Below, in pieces: positions 53,826-64,000 of a stretch of DNA of 64,000 bases. Positions within the stretch are counted from its first letter, which is position 1. The number at the start of each line of letters is the position of its first letter. The DNA is from Octopus sinensis (Eukaryota): NCBI RefSeq assembly GCF_006345805.1, contig NC_043010.1, forward strand, positions 46,562,001 through 46,626,000. The letters run 5' to 3'. The translations under genes were made by a program, and so were the position numbers. The notes under the pieces are model-generated. The model was not told the DNA's origin. It did not search any database and saw only the letters and a list, made by a program, of their open reading frames with translations.

Positions 53826-53978
53826 GTATGTATGTATGCATGTATATGTATGTATGTATGCATGTATATGTATGTATGTATGCATGTATATGCATATATG
53901 TATGTATGTATGCATGTATATGCATATATGTGTGTATGTATATTTGTGTATGCATGTATATATATATACACACACACA
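53744..53978. repeat. (TATG/TG/TA)n compound microsatellite
   Basis: Directly visible; it is the source of several spurious ORFs. Confidence 0.95.
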
Positions 53979-54621
53979 GTAGAATAAGAAATATAAAATC
54001 TTTGGTACAGTATTATATACTTTAAAAAAATGAAAAGAAATGGCTTTCAGTGGAAAAATTATCAGAAAAGCCATTTCTATTCTTTTTTCAAACACACACA
54101 CACACATGCATGTGTGTGTGTGCATATATAATAATAATAACATAACTTTTAAGAAAACCTTTAAGTAACACAGGTGAGTAGTTAGGCTCAATATCTAAGG
54201 CGATGCCAATAAAGACAAGATATTGGATCACCCTACTTTAGTTTAATACTTCTAAATGAAACTTTCCTTTATCAAATACAAGAGAAAAAAATAATGCAAT
54301 AGTTAGGATAAAATGCATTATTATTGGCACATTACACCACAATGGCCTGCTGATAATACTTTATCTCCAGAGTGTTAGATTATCTTTTCTCTTATATTTG
54401 ATGAAATGAAGATTTCTCAGAATAGAATAGAAGCATTAAAGAATTAAACTACCAAAGTAGAATGACAGAACATCTTGTCTTTTTCTTATTTATTCATCAC
54501 CTTGCAGATATTGCCTAAGTTCTTGCCTGCATTGCTTAAACATCTTCTTTAAAAGCATTTACATCATTACAATGCTTGAAGCCAATCACAGTACTTTATA
54601 TATATATATATATATAGTCAC

Positions 54622-55002
54622 AGGAGTGGCTGTGTGGTAAGTAGCTTGCTTATGAACTACATGGTTCCAGGTTCAGTCCCACTGTGTGGCACCTTGGGCA
54701 AGTGTCTTCTACTATAGCCTTGGGCTGACCAAAGCCTTATGAGTGGATTTGGTAGATGGAAACTGAAAGAAGCCTGTCATATATATGTATATATATGTGC
54801 TTGTGTGTCTGTGTCTGTCCCCCCAATATCATTTGACAATCGATGCTGGTGTGTTTACGTTCCCGTAACTTAGCGGTTTGGCAAAAGAGACCGATAGAAT
54901 AAGTACTAGGCTTACAAAGAATAAGTCCTGGGGTCGATTTGCTTGACTAAAGGTGGTGCTCCAGCATGGCCACAGTCAAATGACTGAAACAAGTAAAAGA
55001 GT
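54622..55002 (+). mobile_element. tRNA-derived SINE, family B
   Basis: Full-length copy inserted in (TA)n. Further copies or fragments lie at about 8555, 12200, 13180, 17025, 18030, 24150, 25570, 25880, 34030, 40800, 41790, 49560 and 58601. Confidence 0.88.
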
Positions 55003-55134
55003 ATATATATATATAATATTTATTTAATCTTTAAGCTTATAAGTGTTCACCATGTATTGGCTAAAGAAAATAGTCTAATATATAGTGAACATTTATATGC
55101 TTGAAGATTATTATTGTTATCTTCAGAATTTTCA

Positions 55135-58100
55135 CCTCCAAGAAGTAAGGTGGAGAGGAGGTTCCACTAGGTTCCTCACAGGCAAATAACACAGGTACAA
55201 GATTTTCCTGGCCTGAGAACACTGACGGGGTCGGGGGCATGGAGAAATGGGTTGATAAGGTAATCGAGGTAGTCAGAGTATCCAACAATATTTAAGATTA
55301 GATTAGTGCTTCATCATGGGTTAGCAACCTTTATCTCAGCCTATGCTCCTCAGCCAGGTTACCTGATGGACAAAAAGACCGATTTTATGACACCCTCTTG
55401 CAGACTACCTTGTTGATGAATAACAGGGACCTTCTCTTTGTGGCTGGTGATTTCAGTGGACATGTTGGACAACATGCAGGGGGTCTTCCATGGCATACAT
55501 GGAGGCTATGGTTTTGGTTCCCGCAGTGAGGAGGGAACCAGGCTGCTAGGGTTCTGCAATGCAAATGATCTTATGGTTTGCAATACTAACTTCAGGAAAC
55601 CTGCCAGTCACCTACCATTCTGGCAGACACACTAGCCAAATTGACTACATCCTCGCCAGAAAAAGGGAAAGATGGCTGCTTATAAATGCCAAAAACCTTC
55701 CCAGGCAAAAAAGAATGTACCCCACAACATAGACTAGTAGTTAGCAATCTCAGGATCAGGGCTAAATGGATGACCAGCATAGAGGAGAAGGGTCTGGAAG
55801 CTAAAAGATCCTGTGAATAGACAGATTTAGAGACATATTACTCGAAGCCTTTGACGAAATAGAAGGGGATATAACATCACATGATGTGGAAGACAACTGG
55901 AGGTTTCAACGGGACAACCTGCTGAGGGCTGCTGACCAGATCTGTGGATGGTGCAAAGTCCCCTCTCAATCCAAGGTAACATGGTGGTGGAACAATGTTG
56001 TTGACAGGGCTATTAGACAACAGAAACAGACTTGGAAGGACTGGAAGAACAGTGGTAGCAGGGAATTGTATCAGACTGCCAGAAGGGAAGCTAGGAGACA
56101 GGGTTATTTAGCCAGAAGGGAAGCAGATAAGAAAAAATTTGCCAATGTTCTGCGCCGTGAGGACCAAAGACTTGAGGTATTTCATGTTGCAAGACAGTGT
56201 GTGAGAGAGAATCATAATGTCGTAGGAGAGAAATGTGTCTACATGGATGATGGTTCACTTGCACTAAATGAGGCTGCAAAGAGAGAGGTTTGGAGATGCC
56301 ACTATGAAAGGTTGCTCAATAAAGAGAATGAATAGGAGAAAGTGAGTCTGCCGAATGTCAACCCAACAGAGGGACCAGCTATCCAAATTGACAGGACCTT
56401 GTAGATAAAGCAATTAAGGGTATGAAGACAGGGAAAGCCCCCGGCCCATCAGGAATCACTGCAGAGATGCTCAAAATATCTGGCAGTGTCGGCTATAGCC
56501 TAGTCACCTATATAGTTAACCAGGTGATACATGAAGGAGTCATACCCAATGACTGGTGTAGCAGCACTATACTCAGCTGCTACAAAGGTAAAGGTGATGC
56601 TTTAGATACAAATAATTACAGAGGTATCAAGTTGATGGATCAGGTAATGAAGATCACAGAGAGGGTCATAGCCCAACTAATTAGGGAGAGAGTCAGTTTA
56701 GATAAGATGCAGTTTGGGTTCGTGCCAGGGAAAAGCACCACTGATGCCATATTTCTGGTAAGACAGCTGCAGGAGAAATACCTGGCCAAAGATAAACCTC
56801 TGTACCTGGCTTTTGTTGATATGGAGAAAGCCTTTGACAGGGTCCCTCAATCCCTTATCTGGTGGTCAATGACAAAACTAGGGATAGATGAAAGGTTAGT
56901 GAGAGATGTGCAAGCCATGTACAGGGATGCTGTCAGTAAGATGAGTGTTGGCAACAAGTACAGTGAAGAGGTAGATGTATACCAAGGATCTGTCCTCAGC
57001 CCCCTCTTATGTCCTCCAGGCAATAACAGAGGAATTCAAGACAGGATGCCCTTGGGAGCTCCTCTATGCTGATGACCTTGCTCTAATTGCTGAGTCACTA
57101 TCAGAACTAGAGGAAAAGTTTCAATTGTGGAAACAAGGATTAGAATCGAAGGGCCTTAGAGTCAACCTGGCTGAAACCAGTCTTAATAAGTAGGAAGGCA
57201 GACAAACCAAAAATCCCTTCAAGTAGATGGCCCTGCTCGATCTGTAGAAAAGGCATAGGTAGAAACTCTATAAGATGTACCTAGTGTAAGCTATAGACAC
57301 ATAAAAGGTGCAGCAATATTAAAGGGAGGCTAACTTGGAAGATAGTTTGTGTATGTGGCAAATGCTCAGGTGCTATAAACACTGAAAATGTGCAAAGAAC
57401 AGCTTCTGCCACATTCCAGGGAGAAAAACTAGTCTAGTTGATAACTTCCGTTACCTAGGGGACCAAGTCACTAGCAGGTGTGGATGCTCTGAAAGTGTAG
57501 CTGCTAGAATAAGAATAGCCTGGGTGAAGTTCAAACAGCTCCTACCTCTGCTGGTGACAAAGGGCCTCTCGCTCAGAGTAAAAGGTAGAATGTATGACGC
57601 ATGTGTGCAAACCGCCATGCTACATGGCAGTGAAACATGGGCCGTGACTGCTGAGAACATGCGTAAGCTTGCAAGGAATTTAGCCAGTATGGAACCTGTG
57701 GAAGAGGTAGACTCAGGAAAACCTGGGATGAGTTGGTGAAGCACGACTTTCGAACATTGGGCCTTACTGAGGCAATGTCTAGTGACCGGGACCTTTGGAG
57801 ATATGCTGTGCTTGAGAAGACCCGACAAGCCAAGTGAGACCATAGCCCATGGCCTATGCCAGTTGGTGTAACCAGCCCATTTATGAATACCCCTCATTCA
57901 TTGGACAATAAACCTTGCTTGTGAAGACCTATTGAAGCAAGTGAAATCAAAATTGCTGCCATGGCCAATGACAGTACCACCTGATTGGCATTCATGCCAG
58001 TGGAATGTTAAAAGCACATCCAAGCGTGATCGTTGCCAGGGCCATGGATTGGCTCCTGTGTGGGTGACACGTGAAAAGCACGATCATAGCCAGCGTCGCC

Positions 58101-58485
58101 TTACCGGCTCATGTGCCAATGGAACGTAAAAAACATTTGAGCATGGTCGTTGCCAGTACCACCAGACTGGCTTCTGTGCAGGAAGCACATAAAAACACCT
58201 TTTGAGCGTGAGCATGGTCGTTGCCAGTACCACCAGACTGGCTTCTGTGCAGGAAGCACATAAAAACACCTTTTGAGCGTGAGCATGGTCGTTGCCAGAA
58301 CCACCTGACTGACCTAAAAAAAAAGCACCCACTACACTCTCGGAGTTGTTGGCATTAGGAAGGGCATCCAGCTGTAGAAACTTTGCCAGACCAGATTGAG
58401 CCTGGTGCAGCCTCTGGCTCATCAGTCCTCAGTCAAACCGTCCAACCCATAACAGCATGGAAAGCAGATGTTAAACGATGATGAT
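55135..58485 (+). mobile_element. 5'-truncated RTE-clade non-LTR retrotransposon (APE + RT), disrupted
   Basis: APE remnants (QEVRWRGG, SAYAPQ, VAGDFSGHVG, QIDYIL) and RT (KAPGPSGI, NYRGIKL, QFGFVPGKSTTDAIF, FVDMEKAFDRV, QGSVLSP, LLYADD, FRYLGD). The ORF ends ...DRDLWRYAVLEKTRQAK*, then a 3'UTR ends in ...gttaaac(gat)n. Several frameshifts and stops. Confidence 0.93.
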
Positions 58486-58560
58486 ATATACTTATTTATA
58501 TATATATTTATATATATATATGTGCATTAGATGAAAAAATGGTGACAAGTGAAAATATAT

Positions 58561-58603
<43 letters not shown>

Positions 58604-58986
58604 CACAGGTGTGGGTGTGTGGAAAGAAGCTTGCTTCCCAACCATATGGTTTTAGGTTCAGTCCCACTGCACAGCAACTTGGGCAAGTGGCTTCTATAGC
58701 TTCATGCCAACCAAAGCCTTACGAGTAGATTTGGTAGACAGAAACTGAAAGAAGCCCATATATATATGTATGTATATATTTAGTGTCTGTGTTTGTCCCC
58801 TCGCCATCACTTGACAACCAATGCTGGTGCATTTATGACTCCATAACTTGGCAGTTCAGAAAAAGAGACCAATCAAATAAGCACTAAGCTTACAAAATAT
58901 AAGTCCTGGGGTCAATTTCTTTAACTAAACCGTTTAAGGTGGAACAAGTAAAAGAATAAAAGTATATATATATATATATATATATA

Positions 58987-59285
58987 AAGCACTATCCGAC
59001 TCGTGGCCGATGCCAGCGCCGCCTCGACTGGCTTCCGTGCCGGTGGCACATAAAATACACCAATCCGACCGTGGCCGTTGCCAGCCTCGCCTGGCACCTG
59101 TGCAGGTGGCACGTAAAAAGCACCCACTACACTCACGGAGTGGTTGGTGTTAGGAAGGGCATCCAGCTGTAGAAACATTGCCAGATAAGACTGGAGCCTG
59201 GTGCAGCCTTCTGGCTTCCCAGATCCCCGGTCGAACCGTCCAACCCATGCTAGCATGGAGAACAGACGTTAAATGATGATGATGA
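58987..59285 (+). mobile_element. RTE 3'-end fragment
   Basis: aaaaagcacccactacactc...aagggcatccagctgtagaaac...cgttaaat(gat)n. Shorter copies lie at about 3620, 7110, 19207, 22270, 34380, 47885, 48225, 48440 and 60370. Confidence 0.85.
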
Positions 59286-59446
59286 GGATAATAATTTCAT
59301 TTGGGTGAGGCAGATTTTCTATGCCCAGATGCCCTCCTAATTATAAAACCTCACCTGTTTCTGAGTAAGTAATATTTCCCCATAGGCAACTGGAGATAAA
59401 AAAAAGGGCCAGATGCACACTCACACACACATAGATAGTGTGTGTG

Positions 59447-59484
<38 letters not shown>

Positions 59485-59703
59485 TGTGTCTGTATATGTA
59501 TCTCCATTTATTCATCATCATCAACATATGGACACTGAGGGCTAAGTTACCCAATTTCCATGATGTATTGAGTGGCCAAGATTATTGGAGCAACAGGAAA
59601 TGAAGTGTTTTGCTCAAGATATAACACATTGCCTTGTGCTGGAATTGAAACCGTGATCTTGCAATTGTGAGTGCAACACTCTTACCACTAGGCCACACAA
59701 TTT

Positions 59704-59751
<48 letters not shown>

Positions 59752-60499
59752 ACATACATACATGTTGTTGACATTGACTTTGAAGATTCAGCCAGCTAAG
59801 CCATCATTGGACTGCTGAAACTTTGAAGTCCCTGTCAACAATACTCTTGTATAAGAAAATTAAACTTATACTCTACAAAAGTATAGAATAACCCCTCAGA
59901 TTAATGTAAAATTTTTTATTATAACTCAACATAAAAACAAGCATTAATACACACACACACAGGGTGTCCATAAATTATCTTTACAACTTCCATATTTTTA
60001 AACTCCATATATGTCAGGTGAGCTGCTATATATATACTCATGAATTAGGCTAGCACATTAGTGGACAACCTAATTTGCATATTTGTGCTCCTAACAGTTC
60101 ATTATTCATTAAACAATGTTTTATGCAGAATACAGTATATGAGATAGGCTCACCACACTCCCTCTACAAGTGAATGGTGAGTGAGATTAGTGCTGATGCC
60201 ATGAAAATTATACCCAGTAAACTGTGAATTGGTTGACAAATGAGTAAAGAAAAATGTTGATTTGTGAGGTCCCTATAGTCTTTTATCGCCACAGATTATT
60301 CAGCCTTTCTAGCATTGGGACCACAAGAAAATATTCCTCATACACTCTATAACCTGACTAGTACTAAAGACATCCAACAGTAGAAACCAGGCCAAATGTT
60401 ATGAGAGCAGTGATTCCCAATGTGACCTGGATGGTAATGGCCTGTCCAACCTATGCCAGCATGGGAAGCAGTCTTATGATGATGATGATGATCTGTCTT

Positions 60500-60969
60500 G
60501 TTTTACCCATGTCTCTGCTAAGTCTTAGGCACCGACAGTGATTCTTCACCTTTTTACTGTCTTGTACCTCTTTAGTTTCTCTAAGGTATATCCTAATTCC
60601 ATGGCATCGATTTATAGGACTTTACACCACATAACTCTTGGCCAACTTATATATATGTGTGTGTGTGTGTATGTATGTATATATATATATATATAAATTT
60701 AAAATTAATCAAAGGACATACTAGGTATGTCAACCTGCTTGAAATAACAGTCAAAACTCTTATTATTAAATCGCCGAAAAATAATAAGAGTTTTGACTGT
60801 TATTTCAAGCAGGTTGACATACCTAGTATGTCCTTTGATTAATTTTAATCCCTCGGCTATTTAATGCTATTTTTTGGCCTGTTGTCGCCTATGTCATTGA
60901 TTCTGTTATTATTATTTTTAAAATTGTTATATTGGATAGTAATAGAATTAATGACACCTTCGTAAATTA

Positions 60970-61001
<32 letters not shown>

Positions 61002-62480
61002 ATATATGTGTGTGTGTGTGTAGATATGTATGTGTATATATAGACATGCACACACACACACACACATGTAAATGTATGAAAGACCAGTTTGGTCATACTT
61101 TTACATAATGAGTGCCCTATTTATCCCCACCATCTCTTTTTCAGAGATTCATATTACTGATCTTGTCTGACCAGGTGATATGGAGGATTTTTAGACAACT
61201 GTTTATTAAAGTCTGCACCTTCTTGAGTATAGTCTTGAAGTGGACACAATATTCTACCTCACAAATTTGGACTGCTTTAATGTTTGAATGGAACATTCTG
61301 ATCTTTTGGTATAGTCCGAAGTGTGGAGCTCCAGATATTGTTGAACTTCAGAAAGACTAGTCATAGCTTTACTATCATCCTTACATTTGATGCACTGCGC
61401 TGCTATATGAAGGCCTCCACTCTCCCTCTATTACCATGCTGGTCAGCTTTAGTGGTTGTGTTTATCTTAAGAAATTCTGTCTTTACTTTTTGAATTTGCA
61501 ACCCAACTTTCAATATTGTCAACTTCTGCAGCAGTTGCTGACTATGAAAAAATGCCAGGCTGTTGGAAAATTCCAGTCTTATGATCACCATAAATAATAT
61601 GAAATCTTTTTTTTTTTTTTTTTGTATAATTTCCTACTTAACCGCACAAGTTTTATTGGCATACCATGATATTAACCCTTTCGTTACCCTATTTATTTTG
61701 AGATACTCTGTGATTCTCTCAATTATTTTAGATATAACAAAGAATTTATTAAAATAACGTGTTAGGAACATAAATTGTGACTAAGGTTTGGTGGAAGATT
61801 TTAATTCAAAATTTATGAAAACAAGACATTTGTACTACAGAGCCAGAGCTGGTTTCAGCTGGGTTGGTAACAAAAGGGTTAAAGCAGCTTTCACTGGGTC
61901 CCTCCTGCCAATGATGTTATACTCATAGTAGACTCGTAGATGGTTAAAGACAAGTTCCAATCTAAAGATTGTTGTGTCATCTGGTCAACATAGGACTTGT
62001 CTCTACTGAGGCTAGCTTATTGGTCACATAGGAGGGATTCTACTGCTTCTTCCATTCTTTCAAGGTTTCTGCTTTTCCTTTATTTGAGAAAAGTGTGATG
62101 CTGTTGTAGTTTGTGCAGCTGCTGGAGTCCTCCTTTTTCTTTGGTAGTCTTATAAGAAATTCCTCATTCTTGTCTGATGTTACCTGCCCTTCCTACCAGG
62201 TCTTTCCAACCTCAATACCTTGATTTGCCTTCAGAATCTTCGCTAAGATATTATCAGGTTTGGTCACTTTGCCATTCTTCAACAGTCTGATGGTTTTGCA
62301 GATTTATTCTCTTTTCGGTCTTTCACAATTAATGAAGAAATCTTTGTCTGCTTGCCTAATTCCAGAGGTTTCCCTCGGGCAGGTTTATAGTTCTTCAAAG
62401 TACTCAACACCTATGCCTAATTACTGTTCCGTGCCCAATTATCACTCTCCTTTCTTTGTTCTTTACAGATATCTTAGACT
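60500..62480 (-). mobile_element. Old, highly decayed RTE-like LINE (RT to 3' end), interrupted by a Penelope-like fragment and a MITE
   Basis: Minus-strand remnants in the correct order: TIRLLKNGKVTKPDNI, IRLPKKKEDSSSCTNYNSITL, YHGMPIKLVRL, LEFSNSLA (cf. LDFADDLA), VGLQIQKVKTE, QTLINSCLKILHITWSDKISN, IGHSL, RPRVMW. Confidence 0.75.
60699..60848. repeat. Perfect 69-bp inverted repeat with 12-nt loop
   Basis: 60699-60767 is the exact reverse complement of 60780-60848. Confidence 0.95.
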
Positions 62481-62639
62481 TATTTTATTCACAATATAAT
62501 TTCTTGATCAGATACTACAATTTCAAGTTTCCTCTTTTGCTAAACAAAAAGAAAACTGCTACAGAAACATTAACATTAAATATAATAATAATAATAATAA
62601 TGTATCCCTTCTTAGTAGAAACGGTTTTCCTCCAAAGAG

Positions 62640-63400
62640 GAAAATATCACTGGATGGTGAAAGTTGGCAATTCCTGGAAACTACATGGATGATGACCAGG
62701 ATTCCTTTGACCTTCATTACTCAGAACTTAAAGACTATCTATGAGGTTGGCTGGCTAGCTGGCTGGAAAAATAGGTATAGTTGTAGTGGGTATGAAACTA
62801 TGTAATCTCTCTCTCTAATTGGACTCTGAAAGATGGACAAAATTGGGGTTGAAAAGACTGCAATAGGGAGAGTCGATGTCAAGTGGAGGCAGATACACAT
62901 TACTGGCAAGCATTGCACTGTTGCCATTACCTCTGACTCAGAGTTTACCCAGGATAAGAAATCTTTGAACTGATAATCATCATTGCAAAACTTAGGATTA
63001 TTAAGATGAAGAGGTAAAAACCTTTTTTGTGAGAGAATGCACACTATCCACAATAAGTTACATGAGAAGGTCTTTAACATCCTGGTGGAAAATATCAATG
63101 CAAAATTCAGCATGGACACAGGGATTTAGCTAAGGAGAGAGACCTATGAATTTCATTGGATGAAAATTCTTCCCACATAAATGAGTGCACAATGCAACAA
63201 GGAAAGCATCTGATGGTAACCCTGGAAACCAAACAGACCAGATTAGATGTTAAAGTAAGATATTGAAGGTAAGCTGAAGAAAAGCTGCACAAGACAATAG
63301 ATTAACACAAATTTTCTGAAAGAAGTAAATACTAGAGAGAAGAATAGAATATAGACTGATGTTGAACAAACAAGTTTCAATCACTTCAAGAATGCTATAA
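62640..63400 (+). mobile_element. Decayed AP-endonuclease segment of an RTE-like LINE
   Basis: Plus-strand remnants VENINAK (cf. GDFNAK) and FFPHK*VHNATRKASDGNPGNQTDQI (cf. FPHKxIHKxTWxSPDGxxxNQIDH). Confidence 0.6.
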
Positions 63401-63459
63401 AAAGAATGCCTAAAAACCCATTTGACAAAATATTGAGACATTCACATTCATACACTGTA

Positions 63460-63945
63460 TGCACACACACACATACACATAATTCTCTATATGTATACTT
63501 ATATAACATATATAGAGAGAATATGTATATATACATATATATATATATATGTATATATACATACACACACATGCTCATAAAGAAAATATGCGAATGTATA
63601 TGTATATATATAAATACATAGAAAGTGTATGTATGTATCTGTGGGTATATATATATATATACACACATTCTATATATAAATATAATGTATGTATATATAT
63701 ATGTATGATATATGTAAACACATTTTATATATGTTTACACACATGCATTCACATATTTTCTTTACGAGCATATGTATTTGTATATATATATATGTGCACA
63801 AACATATTTTCTCTGTATATGCATTTAAACATATATATATATATATATAATGTGTATATTATGTATGTATACATATATATAGAATATAGCATATGTATAT
63901 ATACATATATATATGTGTGTGTGTATATATATATATATATAAATT
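63460..63945. repeat. Degenerate (TA/TG)n low-complexity tract
   Basis: Directly visible. Confidence 0.9.
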
Positions 63946-64000
63946 CACAATGACACATATATGTGTGAATTTAATGAATACAAGCGTTATAAGTGAGCTG

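Noticed and set aside
53651-54191. Several ORFs up to 163 aa rich in Y/I/C/V/H/T
   Set aside because: They are translations of (TA)n/(TG)n microsatellites. The same applies at 10168, 15649, 26488, 30324, 41586 and 63381-63958.

Overview
This is AT-rich, repeat-dense eukaryotic (animal) genomic DNA. The SINE, RTE-tail and microsatellite content strongly resembles an Octopus (cephalopod) genome; I recognised this from repeat motifs and did not verify it by search. The only host gene I can support is a neuralized-like (NHR + C-terminal RING) E3 ligase on the + strand. Its last two coding exons are at 45803-45922 and 50206-50873, followed by a repeat-poor putative 3'UTR. Everything upstream (1-45802) appears to be one very large intron. 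The rest is mobile DNA: three tRNA-derived SINE families, TTAA-flanked piggyBac-type and hAT-type MITEs, a decayed mariner, a 5'-truncated RTE LINE with a PHD-like finger inside its RT region, an older RTE with an inverted 5' segment, and Penelope-like fragments. Nearly all ORFs in the supplied track are microsatellite or repeat artefacts. The most notable signal is a set of five type I hammerhead-ribozyme-like motifs in different short elements inside the intron. One appears intact on the sense strand (37392-37487), one has a U3-A8 core variant at the centre of a fold-back palindrome (3269-3305), and one sits at the apex of a long hairpin in a retrozyme-like insert (4683-5017). There are also several long inverted repeats that could form dsRNA. 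All ribozyme activity is inferred from motif reading only.
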